A stretch of 64,000 nt of DNA from Eledone cirrhosa (Eukaryota), in assembly GCA_964016885.1 (NCBI GenBank), contig OZ024742.1:153388001-153452000 (forward strand). The letters are read 5' to 3'. Under the pieces are notes generated by a model. The model was given only the letters and a program-made list of their open reading frames with translations. It did not search any database and was not told the origin of the DNA. Below are positions 1 to 14,100 of the stretch, piece after piece. Position numbers and translations under genes: made by a program. Numbering within the stretch: position 1 is the first letter of the stretch; each line of letters opens with the position of its first letter.

Positions 1-426
1 GAGGAAATATAATTTCCAATAATTTTCTCTTTTATAGTATCTTCTCGTTAACATTGTAATACGATATTTTTGATATTCGCGGCAGGACAGTCATATATGT
101 TATTGAATTTAATTTATGTGTTTGACAAAGATATTAAATTACAACTTAACAGATTTGCATTAAAATGTCGAACACTGAAAACCGCACAGTTTTAGATCCA
201 GATAAAATAAAAATAAATAAAATACTACTGATGTGTTTTATAACACGAATAAAATTATCTGAGTCACATAAAACAAAAACAATATCTAAATTCAAGCAAG
301 AAGGCTAAATAGTTATGAAATGTATAATATAATAATAACGAGTATTATGTCACCACGAATATAGTATGCATATTTATATATATATAAATAAACAAACAAA
401 TAAATAAATAAATAAATAAGTATGGT

Positions 427-457
<31 letters not shown>

Positions 458-596
458 ATTTGCTTATACACACACACACATATATACATATATATATATA
501 TAAATAAATAGTTGTTTCTACTTTAGGCACAAGGCCAGCAATTATCCAGTGCATTACTGGTACTTTATTTTATCGACCCCATATAATAATATATAT

Positions 597-814
597 GAAG
601 ACTAAAATCCGAAGCGGGCAATAAGGATAATATATATATATGAAAATATATAAAACCATAGAGCAAATATTTATTAAAGTAACAGATAAAATTTCAAGTA
701 AATAATCGCTGCTTTCACCCTTAACGGGATCTTCTGAAACTAGAGTTTCAGAAGATCCCGTCAAGGGCGAAAGCAGCGATTCTTTGCTTAAACTTAAATC
801 TGTTATTTTAATAT
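597..814. mobile_element. Short foldback element (imperfect arms 672-742 / 745-814 plus unique 5' tail); related internally deleted copy at ~42775-42946
   Basis: aatcgctgctttcacccttaacgggatcttctgaaact-ag-agtttcagaagatcccgtcaagggcgaaagcagcgatt is self-complementary; the same head (gaagactaaaatcc...gagcaaatatttattaaa) recurs at 42775. Confidence 0.7.
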
Positions 815-826
815 ATATATATATAT

Positions 827-959
827 ATAGGAACAAGTAGGACCCCGACGGCTGAGCTCAAGCCGTTTCGACGGCTAATTCTGGACTAAAAAATGTTTAG
901 TGCAGAATTAGCCGTCGAAACGGCTTGAGGTCAGCCGTCGGGGTACTACTCGTTCCTAT
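827..959. repeat. ~64-bp-arm inverted repeat (foldback) next to (TA)n
   Basis: ggaacaagtaggaccccgacggctgagctcaagccgtttcgacggctaattctggactaaa is the near-exact reverse complement of tttagtgcagaattagccgtcgaaacggcttgaggtcagccgtcggggtactactcgttcc. Confidence 0.9.
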
Positions 960-1035
960 TACCCACTCTACTACCCTAAGTATTGAGTACTGTGGTGCGT
1001 TACCGTCCACCTGGTTTCTTACCACATTTCCTCCG

Positions 1036-1093
<58 letters not shown>

Positions 1094-1239
1094 GGAGTGT
1101 AGTCGGAGTTACTGCAGGTTCATCCGGGTGAGCACTCGATATCTAGGTTGACTTCTGTGTTGAGGTGTAGAGATTTACAGATTGTATTATATTGAAAGGA
1201 TAACAAGGACGATTGTTATATATATATACATATATATTG

Positions 1240-1948
1240 CAGTTAATATAAAATCTATGTTCTTAGTTAGCTTACCTGTGATCACACTACATCTTTTATG
1301 CACCCATACTTTGCATTTGGGACATAAAATGGAGTTTCTACCTATTCCTTTCCTACACACTGAGTATGGCCATTTCCCGGATGGAACCGGTGCCCTATTT
1401 TCCTTCCTACAAACTAGAACTTTAGTCTTAGACAGGTTAATTTTAATGCCTTTTGCTTCTAGGCCATGCTTCCATGTTTGGAATTTCTTCTCTAGTTTAG
1501 CCATTTATTCAGCTATGAGCGTTAGATCACTGCGTATAGGAGTTCCCATGGGCAGCCGGTCTTGAACTCCACTGTTATAGCCTGAAGGGCAATAATAAAT
1601 AGTAGGGGGCTAAGAACAGAGCCCTGATGAACACCAACGTTTACGCTAAACTCTTCACTATATTCGTTGTTAATTCTAACCTTGCTGACTGTTTCTTTAT
1701 ACATGGCTTGTATAGCTCTCACACGCCATTCTTCAACGCCTAGTTTTCTAAGAGCCACCAGATAATGGAACGGGGAACTCTGTCAAAGACGTTCTCCAAG
1801 TCGACAAAAGCTAAGTATGGGGGTTTACTTTTAGCTAGGTACTTCTCCTGTAGTTGTCGTACAATGAAAAGAGCGCCTGTGGTACTATTACCTGACACAA
1901 ACCCGAACTGTATTTCATCTAGATCAATTCGCTCTCTGATTAGTTGTG

Positions 1949-1950
<2 letters not shown>
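1240..1950 (-). mobile_element. RTE-clade LINE reverse transcriptase fragment (degenerate)
   Basis: Minus ORFs give VGVHQGSVLSPLLF, GCPWELLYA(DD) and GLEAKGIKINLSKTKVL; interrupted; (TA)n on both sides. Confidence 0.85.
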
Positions 1951-1998
<48 letters not shown>

Positions 1999-2169
1999 TA
2001 ATGTGCCCAATCATTCCCACTTATTATATTGTAAAAAGAAAATGACATAGCTCCGTGTAAATGTCGTTGATTCTTATCTCCATATTGCCCAACCTTCGAT
2101 TATTAGCATTCGTTTACCTCTTTTTTATTTAGATATACAAGGGCTAAACGTCGGACAATATGCTCTGCA

Positions 2170-3190
2170 GCCTAAAGTTACAACTCTTTATGTACTGAGT
2201 TGAAATCCTGCCGAGGTTTTGCTTTGCCTTTCATCCTTGCGGGGACGATACATAAGATTTCAGTATTTTACTGGGTCGATTTGATCGATTGTTTCCTTTG
2301 CCTCCAAATAGTTGGCCTCGTTACTAAAGAAGAAACATTTAATATTTCGGGAACATATGAAGTACCATGATTTTAAAAAAATGGATTACAGTTTCGGCAG
2401 AAAAGACGCAGATGTATTGGAATGTTGATTTATCCATTCCCAGTTCTTGACTGGTACTTTATTTTATCGACCCTGGATTGAGGAAACTCAAAGTCGTCAT
2501 TGGTACCATTTGAATCCAGTATGTAAACAGCTATAATAAACAATTGTTGCTACATTTGTCACAAGGCCAGCAATTACACCAGTGTAATAATAAAAGGCAA
2601 ATAATGAAAGGCCAAGTTAACATTGGCGGGCTTTGAATTCATAATATAAAGGCCCATAGTTCTATGCTGAAAAGGATTGTTACTGACGCTCTACTTATGG
2701 CATTTCATCCGATGTTCTATCTATTTTGTTTCCTCACCTCTCTTCTTGATATTGAATATTTGTTTCTACTTTTGACACAAGGACAACAATTCGAAGGGAA
2801 AGGGAAAGTCGACCAAATTGACATCAGATCGTTAATGGTAGTTTACATTATCGACGTACTAATTATGAAAGGCAACTCATAATGTAAAGGGCTGTAACTA
2901 CATGAAGCAAAGCATATTGTCCAACGCTCTAACTACTCTGCCAATTCACTGCTCTTCCTTAATATTTAATATTGGTTTCGGATTTAGAAACAAAGCCAAC
3001 AATAGTGGTGGAGATGAAATTCGATTAAATCGACTCCTGTGCCTTACTGGTACTTTATTTTATCGACCCTGTAAGGATGAAAGGCTTCAGTAAAATCAGT
3101 GGGATTTGAACTCAGAACGTGTAGGGCCGTAACTAAACACCGTAAATCATATTGTCCGACGATCTAACGACTCCGCCAAACCACCGCTTT
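2170..3190. mobile_element. Cluster of degenerate tRNA-derived SINE copies (MetaSINE-like), mixed orientation
   Basis: Repeated gagttcaaatcc B-box and gcctttcatcc..ggggtcgataaaataaagtaccagt core or its reverse complement (~2195-2280 +; ~2450-2520, ~3045-3120 -); a further fragment at ~515-580 (-). Confidence 0.75.
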
Positions 3191-4354
3191 TCCTACATAT
3201 TTAACATTAATATGTATATAGTCTGACTTGCACCCATGGTGAAGAGGTTCCTTTTTCTTCATTCGAATGTAAGCCTCATGGAACAAAATGTCGGGAGTGT
3301 ATATCATCTATATACACGAGTTTTTGTTAAAAAGTCTAGCATCGTTGTATATGACTTATCGCACCCAACTTTTAATGTGATATAAATTTGTCATTGTATC
3401 AATTTATATTAAAAATATAATGTTTGTACCATGGTGTTTAGCTTCATTCCGTAGATCAACCAACTGACTATAGGTTATTATTTTTTTCTTCTCATATTTA
3501 AGGATACCCTTTCCATTATGCGTTTGAAAGTCGCTGAGGTAGAAGTTAACTTTATTGTTTGAGCATAAATATATTTTAACTTTTACTTAAAACATTAAAC
3601 TGAATATATATTCTATTATATCCCGGGTTAACTGCTATTGAGTGTTTCCAATTTCTCTTTCACTATTAATATTTATGCTTCGTTTCTCTTAACATCTATT
3701 TGTGTTTGTATTGTTTTATGTTTTACGTCGGCAAAAGTTTAGGCAATTTGTTTTGTAGATGGAATTAGTGAACTATGTTGACTACTACTTGACACTTTTC
3801 ACTGACAGTCTACGGCTGATAATATTAAGTATGTTATTTCCGTTCTCTTTCGTCATTTTTTTTGTCATTTTCTCCCTCCATTCTATCACATCCATATAAT
3901 CAATCTCGCATTCGTTTCGTTAATCTTAAATTGTAATTTGTATTTATATATTTATTTCTTCTCTAATTCAAATTATGTATTTAGTACTCACATTTGCTAA
4001 GCATTCTGTACCATGCTATTGCATTTCTATCTAAAGTTACATTTCTTCATTTTATCTGTAAGTTATCAATATCTATTAACAAGGTGCTTATCAATACTAT
4101 CATGGCAACTATGTTCCAGACCTTCAACGTCCTCTGCTAAAGTCTGACAGGAGGTTAAACGGTAAACAGGAATTCGGTTTCATCTTGTCCAGTTATATTT
4201 CTAGTACCGGTTTATGTTTTGACAAACGTGTCCTGTTTTAAAAAAATTAAAATACTTAAAGAAAACGATGAAATATAATATTGAATAACAGGTTCAAATT
4301 AATTGAAACTGTTTCACTTTCACTTAATCGATGTTATTATATATATATCTTTAG

Positions 4355-4750
4355 GGTGGTGGATTGGCAGTATCGGTAGAGTGTCGAACACCATGCTTTG
4401 TAGCATATATTTACAGTCCTTTACGGTCTGAGTTCAAATCCTGCCGTGGTTAACTTTGGCTTTCATAATTACGGGGTCGTTAAAATAAAGCACCAGTAAC
4501 GTACAGGGGTCGATTTAATCGACTTTCCCCTCCCCTCAAACTACTGAGCTTGTGTCTATATAAGAAACCATTATTGGCCGTATCGGTAGAGGGTCGGACG
4601 CCATGCTTTCCAGCATAGTTACGTCCCTTTACGATCTGAGTTCAAATCCCGCCGAGGTTGACTTTGCCTTTCATCCTTACGGGGTCGATAAAATAAAGTA
4701 CCAGTAATGCACTGGGTATTTGCTGGCCTTGTGCCTAAAGTAGAAACAAT
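4355..4750 (+). mobile_element. Two tandem tRNA-derived SINE copies (MetaSINE-like)
   Basis: A-box tggcagtatcgg / tggccgtatcgg, B-box gagttcaaatcc, central gcctttcatccttacggggtcgataaaataaagtaccagt. Confidence 0.85.
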
Positions 4751-5100
4751 TATTATATATATCTTTACATATATGTGGGTATTAGTTATATGGCATTTAC
4801 GAACGTTTAGCACAATGAATTTAACATTAGAATGCCAGAAATGTTGTGGAAAATTATTTTACATGTACGAAATATATTCAATAGAATTCATATAGTGTTG
4901 TATTAAAACCAATATATAATATTTAAGAATGATTAAGATACACGTACACCTATATCTCAACCTAAGCAACAACGGCTATTCTGCTAGGATTCCAACAAAC
5001 GAGGGCACATGTTTGGCAAGAAGATTAATACAATATCTTTAAAATAGACCCCACCCAAAATTCACACACACATACACACACAAACACAAAATCCCCCCAC

Positions 5101-5139
<39 letters not shown>

Positions 5140-5142
5140 TGG

Positions 5143-5189
<47 letters not shown>

Positions 5190-5519
5190 ATGTATGTGTG
5201 TGTGTATATATATATAAAGTAATTATAATTTAATGCGGGAAATTCAATGAATATGGCTAAATATTCTCAGCTAGAGCAGTTTACAATTAGATAAGTATTG
5301 GTAATTATGTAATTCAAAATGCGGAAACTCTCATTAGTTTCCCCAGATAAATGATATTAATTGTAATAACTGGAGATAGGAATATTCTTCTATAGAAATT
5401 AATTTTAGCTTAAAGTTTTACAATATTGATCCAATTAAATATCTCTTCCTTGCATGGAACAATTACCTAGCGACACATACGAAACAATATGGAATATTAT
5501 CAGTGTGCATCTTGGGAAG

Positions 5520-5810
5520 CAAGGTCAATCAATCAAGCAATCAAGCAACTTTCCGCATCTGATGCAACCAGTCGTTGGGGCATCACACTAACTGCTTTCG
5601 TGTTCCACCGACATCACTGGTCTGTATTCACATGTCCAATCTGAACTTGTCCAACAAGTATTTTTCTTTGTCTGACTCTTCATAAGCCTCTCTTGTTTGT
5701 GCACCGAATGATGGCTTTAGGCAGGGAATAGTGGCAGGATACGTGACCGTATTAGTCAAGCTTCGTCCTTCGACCACAACATGGATAGGTTCCTGTTTGG
5801 GAAGCTAGGT
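5520..5810 (-). mobile_element. Probable RTE-like LINE 3' end fragment with (TTGA)n tail
   Basis: Minus strand reads like a degenerate RTE C-terminus (tacggtcacgta = YGHV, then cctaaagccatcatt = PKAII) ending in ttgcttgattgcttgattgattga. Confidence 0.45.
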
Positions 5811-6327
5811 AGAACATGTTAAAATATTTCGTTTTAAATATTCCTAGAATAGTATTTACAGTTAACAAATCGCCTCTCAAGAGTTGAGAATTTTAAATCA
5901 AGCCGATATTTATTAAGTATTTATTTCAGCAGAACAGATAAAATATTTACAACACACTCCCTAGGTGGTTATACATTTAAGTTAAATTGAAATAATGTTT
6001 GGAGGCCTATATTGTCTATCTTGAATTCAGCCAGAAATGTCGTTTAAATGAATGTATTTGTTATCCTAAATATTTCCCCAAACGGTTAGCACCATTACAG
6101 TGTTTGTTGTGGGAGAACTGAACATATTTTACAAGAATGTTTTCGTGCATAACATTTAATACCCTATGTAGTATGCTCGTAGGCAAACAATTTCATACAC
6201 ACGAGCGCAGTCCTACAAACACACTTATACGCACACAAACGCACAGACAAACAACACACATATTTATCGATATCTATCAAGCAATCACACAAGCACTTTA
6301 TCTATCTATCTATCTATCTATCTATCT

Positions 6328-9300
6328 CCGGATGGTATAGACGTTTTTCACATCGGCTCCTCGATTATTGCATATATTACGTGTTAACAGTAAGTGTTTG
6401 TCTGTATTCTTGCGTTATTGTGTTAATCAACCCCCTTGCCTGGGTCTTCGGACATTAGGGTTAATTTATTTCACCCGTTTTGGGGTGAAATATTTCATCC
6501 TAAAAATCTTGTGATTGTCTCTACGCTAGTGGTAATGGAAGCCATTACCACATGTAACGATGACACTCCCACTAAACAAACTGAAGGAGAGCGGGTAGCT
6601 GAGGCAACAAGCCTCCCTACTGAAAGAATAATGGTTATTAGAAATATTGAAAAAATGGAGCCTAACCCTAATGAAAAAAATGTGAAAAAAATTGACTCGG
6701 AGAAATTGCCAACATTAATGGATGCCGTTTCGACTTTTCACGGTGCCACCTTAGGGCTGCCTGTTCCCAAGCAAACAATAAAAACACCGATTTTACCCAC
6801 ACCAACAACTACAACACGACCAACACAACCTCCTCCACCACCACCACAAAAACAACTAACACCACAAGTTAAATCACAACTGAACCCCCCCCCCCCCCCA
6901 CACACACACACAGGAAACAAATACAATAACACCCACACCACAAACACGAGCCGAAAATGTACCCCTCCCCTCGAATACGGAAGATGACCCCCTTTCGTCG
7001 CCAGACGAGGGGGGGGAGGGTGGCACTTTCATAAAGTTAAAAGAGAAAAAGAAAACACACCACAGGAACACAAATACAAACAACCCCTCCCCAATACATA
7101 ACACAGACATCAACAACAAAAAACACACATAAAAGAAAACTAAAAGCAACACAAATAAAGAAATATGTGCATAGACTTACATAAACACAATAAACAAAAT
7201 ACTGTTAAACGTTATTTAAAATAACAACTCAATAAAAACCGAAGGATCGAATTTCGCACAAGCAACGGAGCTTCCCGATTTAAAAATGATAAAAGCCCCA
7301 ATGGACATTTACAAAACGTTAAAAGACACTTTTAAAGAGGACGTGTGGCCCCCTGCGTCTGACACATTAACCGTGTCCTCCTAAAAATCCACCCCAGACA
7401 CCCACACAACTCCAAACACCCCAATCCCACCACACACTGATGCCCCTACACTTCCACAGACCACCACCCCACACAACAACTCATCCCCCACCTCCATGGA
7501 AATTGTGCGGCCCGGTCCCCGGTACGCAGAGAGGTAAGTGCCTTTTCTCTTTACCACCAACATGGCTGTGTTGAGAGTAGTTGTCTAAATGCGCGTGGCC
7601 TGGGCTCACCTTGGAAACAAGCAATGCTTCTAAATGATCTCAGATCACGATGTATAAATGTGATGGTTATTTGCGAGGCGCGGATCAGCAGCGTGGCGAC
7701 AGCTGGCCCCCACCTTTGATGACTTTGAGATGCACGCATCTCTTTGTCAGGCCGGAGGTGGGGGTGACATTGTCGTTCTGCTGCAAAAAACATCTGGGAC
7801 TCGCTACACAGGCGGTACACTTGGACCCGGAGGGTCGACTAGTGGTTCTGGACCTTGGCAGTGGTGAAGGCAGAGCTTTTAGGCTGGTCTCCGTCTACGG
7901 TCCTTTTGGCTCAACGCGGCCAGACTTCTTCCATCGTCTGGAGACTTTTCTAGGGACGTCCGGCTCCTTGCTTTTAGTGGGAGACTGGAATGGTATCCAT
8001 GATGCAAGTTGGGACTATGTAGGTGCATGTACTGATAGAGGGGGTTGAAACAGCCTCAAGTGGTTAATCGGTCGATAGATATCGACTAGATTTTTCGACT
8101 GTGCCAACCTGGACTTGGACAAACCACAGCAGTCAATCTAGATCGTACTTAGATAGGTCTTAGTTAGAAATAAGGATAGGGACTTTTTTAAGTTGTCCAG
8201 AAATGCTCTTGGTTGGCTATTCAGACCACAAGTCAGTGACCTCCTTGGTCAACCTTGATAGAACGCATAGACAGGGACCCGGTTACAGGGAAGCTTAATT
8301 TGTCCTTACCGGCAAGTAAAGCTTAGAGGGACTGGATTAGTACTTTAGGTAAGGAGCGGTTGACGGGCGTCATCGTCAACAGCAGGTGGTGGGGCTCTCT
8401 CAAAAAAGAGATTAGAGTAGTTTCAATATGAGTTAGTAAGCAGTTAGCCTCAGATAGAAATAGGAAGGAAAGGGATTTGGTAGGTAGTGTAGAAGAGGCA
8501 ATAAGAAGCGGCGAGGTAGCCAGAGTGCTAGCGTCGAGAACGGCCAAGGCCTGTTCTTCGACGCGAAACACGAAGGCCGCGTTGTCCGAAGCAAAATACG
8601 TACTCTGGGAAACGAGGGGACCAAATTTGTTAGCTGGGCCCGCGTGACAGAAGCCAAAAGTGTGATTAGATCCACTATCCGGTCTTTCCGACACCAGGAT
8701 GGACGGGTCATCCTTGAATCTAAGCAGATGTGTGAGGCCTTTCAAAGGCACTTTGCCCGATTGTTCGGCAGGGGCGTGGGGCAGAATGAGGATGTCAACT
8801 TCGGTCCATACCTCGACGGCCTGCCGCGTCTTTCGGACGAAGAGGCGAAGTCTTCCGAGGGGCCGATCTCAGCTGCTGAAATAGGGGACGTGCTGAGCCA
8901 ATGTGGCAGAGGCAAATCTCTGGGCCTCGATGGTCTTCCATATAAAATGTATTTAAGTATGCTGGACATGTTCTTCGATCTCCTCGAGGCGGTCTACTGC
9001 AACTGCCAACATAACGGGAGAATTCCCTGTTCTGTGACCAAGGGCGTAGTCTCGCTAGTGAGGATGGACGAGAACAAGGGGGATGAAATAAGTAATTTCA
9101 GGCCCATAACCCTGTTAAATCCAGAGTTAAACATTTTGGCCAAGGTGTTAGCAAAGAGGTTGGCGCTTGTCGTGGGCAACCTGCTGGGAGATGCGCAGAC
9201 AAGCGCCATCCCGTCCAGGTCCATTCACGACAATCTCCACCTCATGCGATACATTATAGAGAGGGTTGGGACAGATTCCGTCTTTGGTGGGGCCCTGATC

Positions 9301-11100
9301 AACTCGGATCAATCTAAGGCGTTCGATAGGGTCGACCATCGTTATCTGGATGCGGTGCTAGTGGCGGCAGGTTTCGGACCCGCTTTCAGGGACCGGATCA
9401 CTTCCATGCTCAGCAGCCGCATCTGCTCTAGGGTCAAGGTGAACGTCTACGTCACGGAGCCGTTCGAAATCACGCGGTCCATCCGACAGGGATGCTCTCT
9501 CTCCACCCTTCTTATGTATTGGCCCTAGAGTCACTGCTGCGGAGGTTGGAGTTGTTACAGGGCATCCCTTTGGAACCGGGGTTGCAGAAAGTGGTGTCGG
9601 CCTACGCCGATGACGTGACAGTAATGGTGTCAACCGCCTCAGTAATCCGGGTGATCGGCACCTTACTGGTGGAATACGAAATGTTTACAAGGGCTAATCT
9701 GAACCGGGACAAGTCAGTCAGTTTGCAACTCAGCGAGTGGAGGGGCAAATCAATGGCCTCCAACGGCGTCGTCAGAGGTTCGACGGAGGGCCAGGTGATG
9801 TTGCTGGGGGTCTGGCTCGGGCCAGACCTGCAGGTGGAGAAGAACTGGGGTGAAGTATCGAAGAGGGTGTTTGCGCTGACCCATAAGTGGACTGAGTTCA
9901 AACTATCCCTGCAAGGTTGGGTGGTGGTGGTGAACGCTTATATAGCGTCCGTCATCTATTACTGCCTGACCGTCGTGCCTTGCCCAAGGGAAACGCGCAC
10001 TCTTCCAATTCCTTTGGAAGAAACGGGCTCCATTGGTGAGGAGATCCAGCTGCTTGTCAACACCCTTCGAAAGGAGCGATGGGGATGACGTGGCTGCTGC
10101 TGCGTAAACACGCATTAACACTACGGCACCTCCAGGTATTCCTCACTGGCCAACCGGTGTGGGCCCCGTTTGGGAGGCGAGCCTTTCCAAGACTCGTGTC
10201 GCTCACCGAGCTGCATTCCTGGGTCAAGCAAACACCGAGAAAACTGGGCGCCTGGCACAGCGAGTGTGTCCAGGCGCTCACGGCTCTCTGGCAGGCGGAC
10301 TCAGCTATCGGTGGAGACTCCACCTTGTCATTATATAGAGGGCTGGTGGTTAGTAGGTGCGACAACGCCCTCGGAGAAGCCCTAGGCATGGAAGAAGACG
10401 ACTGGCCAGCCTATTCGGGAGGACATTTGGCCCGGGACCTATGGACAACTTCCAGAGGTCCCTGGCCTGGCAGTGCTCCCGAGGGGCGCTGCCCGTTCGA
10501 GAAAACTCTACGGACACGAGCTCCCGAGTAGGGACCCCTCGAAATAAATCTGTCCCAGATGTGGGCGCAACGAGGATACCGTTGCCCACGCATTGGTACA
10601 CTGCTCGGGCGTTGCAGATTTGTGTGCCTATGTCGAACGACTGCTGTCACGGGTGGGACCAATCCGGTTGACCACCGAGTTCATTGTAACGATCAAGCCC
10701 CCCCCCACCTTTACAAATGAAGGAGAGGCGGCTTTCCTCTGTGTAATAACCATGGTGAAAGATGTGGTATGTTGGACACGTTTGAAAGGACTGAGATCGG
10801 ACACCTTTCTCTCCGGCAAACAACTGGTCCTTTTCTTTAAAGACCATTTTAAGAGAAGGATCAGAATGGAGAGAGAGGTGCTCTACCCCACCAAGTTTTA
10901 TGAAAGGTGGGTGAAAGTAGCGAGAATGGCCCGTGTGAATGGGCCTTCTCTCTTTATCAACCTGTAGGTGGAAAGGTGGAAGTTCAAAGGAGCACTCCCC
11001 TCTCTGTGTTCCTAAGGAAAAGGGTTGCATACTTTTTCGGGGGTGTGTGTGACTCCCAAAACGCCTCCTCCCTATTGAGGACTCTATTGTTAATTTTAGT
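6328..11100 (+). mobile_element. Tx1/L1-clade LINE copy 1, degenerate, ORF1 internally deleted, 3' end missing
   Basis: Frameshifted APE (LLLVGDWNG), RT (NFRPITLLN, DQSKAFDRVDH, SAYADDVT) and C-terminus homologous to the intact copy at 16.5-22.3 kb; starts right after (TATC)n at ~6299-6327. Confidence 0.93.
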
Positions 11101-14100
11101 TTCTTCACTAAAGTTTCTTCACCAACGTTCGAAGGAGGACAGGGGAAGATATGCTTACAGCTTCCCTCTGCCACTGTTATCGTAGCAGATGTCAAAGACA
11201 AAGGTCAGCCAGAGGAAGGATTTGCTCCACTTGCTGACCGACAACTTGACGTTGCCATGGCAACAAACCAAAACAACACAAGCAGCGGCACCAGAAACAA
11301 CAACAATAACGACAATGCTATGAACGAAAACACAACTTCACAAATGAATTCCGTAACCACAGATCAGGCAATTGAGAACTACAAAAACAACAACAACAAC
11401 AACGACAACAATGACAACAACAACAACAACAGGAACAACGATGACAACAACACCAACAGCAGCAACATTAATGACAACAACACCAACAAGAACAGCTACA
11501 CAAACAAGGAAAAAAGGTTTCATTTGCACAAACTGTCCAAAAGACAGAACTATATACAGAGATTGACATCTCTAATGCCGGAGAATTGCTAAGAGATGCA
11601 AAGAAATATGTAACTTTTGGGGAGAATGGCGCTTTTATCATGACTTCTCCCCAAGAATTGCGTAGAGACACTGTCCTGAAAACTATAGTTTTTAGGACAA
11701 TCTCAAATACCACCAGAAAACCAGCTCAATTAACTCAAAACGAATTTGAACTGGTTCTAAGAAACTCCATAGAGGACATTACCTTCATACAGAAGGGAAA
11801 ACTATTCGGGAGTTTATCAATAATTATTTAAGACGAATTGACGGCACAGAAATATTCTGTGACGCCAATTGTGTCCCCCCTCTGCACCTTTTTCCCCATA
11901 TATATGCGAAAAAGCACCCAAAAAATAAAAGTAACAAATATCACACCAAATGTAAACATCTGGATATTAGCTGGTTTCATCAATTTTGATGAAGATTCAG
12001 TAATTTTGGTAGGAAAGTCCTCCAGGGGCATATTCGACGGTACAAGCTTAGAAGTGCTGGTCCAAATGAGACCAAAACGGATAGTTAGAATGCCACAACG
12101 TGTGCCTCTGGATGGAAATTCCTACATAAACATTTCTGTTGAGGGTAGGCGACCTTCATATAACGATTTTTAAGCTGTGGCCACCTGAGGGCTTCCTGTC
12201 ATCAATTAACTGTATTCAAAAAGGCACTACTGCCGACACCCAACACAACAACACAAACATTACAAACAATAATCCCCCCTCCCGAAAACAAAACAATGAC
12301 AACCCTCCAAACACAAATACCCACAACAAAACGAAAACACACACAAGAACAAATGACAAAAACTAACACAACACAACAAAAATATTATACATACATAAAC
12401 ACTGACAATAAAACCTTGTTGGAGGTCATCTCCAAAAACCCTTCCGTGGAAACCGAAGGAAAATATTTTACCAAATGTAAAGACAAACCTAATTTAAAGA
12501 TGATTAAGGTCCTCACGGACACCTATAAGTCCTTAAAGGAAAACTTTGCTGAGGACGTGGGGAATATGTGTGTTAAACCAATGAACCGCGTCCTCTTGAA
12601 ACGTTTCCCCACCCACACCAAGCATCTCCGTCCCCAGCCCGCCAGGAACCACCACCTTACTAAACAACCCCTCCTACACCCCCATGGACATTGTGCAGCC
12701 TGGTCCCCAGGAGACGAAGAGGTGAGTGATTTCTTTTCCTCTTATTTGAAATTTTCAGCACCAACATGGCCAATATAAGAGTTGGATGTGTGAATGTACG
12801 CGGTCTGGGGATGCCCTGGAAGAAGGCAAACTCTTAAACGACCTCAGGTCGCACAGTATGAATGTAGTAGCCATTTGCGAGTCCATGATCCACAGTGAGC
12901 GACAACTGGGCCCCAGCTTCGACGACTCTGAGATCTACGCATCTCTCTCTCATCCGGGAGGTGGGGGTGGGGTTGCCGTTTTGCTTCGGAAACACCTGGA
13001 CCTCGTAAAACAGACGGTGCATCTGGACCCGGAGGGTCGACTGGTGGTCCTAGACGTTGACGGTAGTGAAGGTGGAGCCTTCGGGTTGGTGGCCGCATAT
13101 GCCCCATCCGGGAGGCCGTAGCCAGACATCTTCAAACGTCTAGAGACTTTTCTGGGAACGTCCCGCTCCCTGCTGTGAGTGGGGGACTGGAATGGAATCC
13201 TATATGCATATTGGGACTATGTGAGAGCATGTCCCGATAGAGGGGGTGTAACAGCCTCAAACAGTTAATCGGCCGATTTAACCTGGCCGATAGATATCGA
13301 CTAGATTTTCCGACTGTGCCACTGTGGACGTGGACTAATCTTAGCGAAACATCTAGATCGTATCTAGATAAGGTTCTAGTTAGAAAGAAGGATAGGGACA
13401 TATTAAGCTCTCCAGAAATGTTCATGGTTGCCTATTCAGATCACAAATTAGTGACCTGCTTAGTCAATCTTGACTAAACTTATAGACAGGGATCCGGCTA
13501 CTGGAAGCTGATCTTGTCGTTACCGACATGCAAAGCATACAGTAGACGGATTAGCACTTTAGTTAAGCAGCACTTGACGGGTTCCATTGTCAACCACATA
13601 TGGTGGTACTCTCTCAAGAGGGCAGTTAGATTAGACTCGATAGGTTTTAGTAAAGAATTAGTGTTGGATAGAAATAAGACCGAAAATGAACTGGTAGATA
13701 AAGTAGAAGAGGCACTTAGGAGTGGCGACGTAGCCAGCGTGCTAGCGACGAGAAAGGCCTTGGACCAGTTCTTCGATGCAAAGCATGAAGTTTGCGTTGT
13801 CAGAAGCAAAATACGTGCTCTGGGAAACGAGGGAGCGAAAGCTGTTAGCTGGGCCCGAGTGACGGAGGCGAAATGTGGGAAGAATTCAACGATTCGGTCT
13901 TTGAAGGACCAAGACGGACGCGTGAGACCTGAACCGAAGCAAATGTGCGCTGCCTTTCAGCGGCACAGTGCCCAACTTTTCGGGCAGGGCGGCGTACCGG
14001 GAGGGGCTATGAATTTCGGTCCATACCTCGACTCTCGGACAGCGAGGCGAAGTTCTGCCAAAGGCCGATTTCGGCCGCTGACATTGGGAACGCGCTGAGC

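Noticed and set aside
3240-3600. Possible decayed GIY-YIG/Cys-linker remnant (also a possible PLE remnant at ~26150-27030)
   Set aside because: Too degenerate to support without a profile search
4355-4450. tRNA gene
   Set aside because: A/B boxes present but no cloverleaf; it is a SINE head
12722-12758. 37-nt GT..AG mini-intron fusing ORF1 and ORF2 in LINE copy 2
   Set aside because: Very short, and the AG is absent at this position in copies 1 and 3
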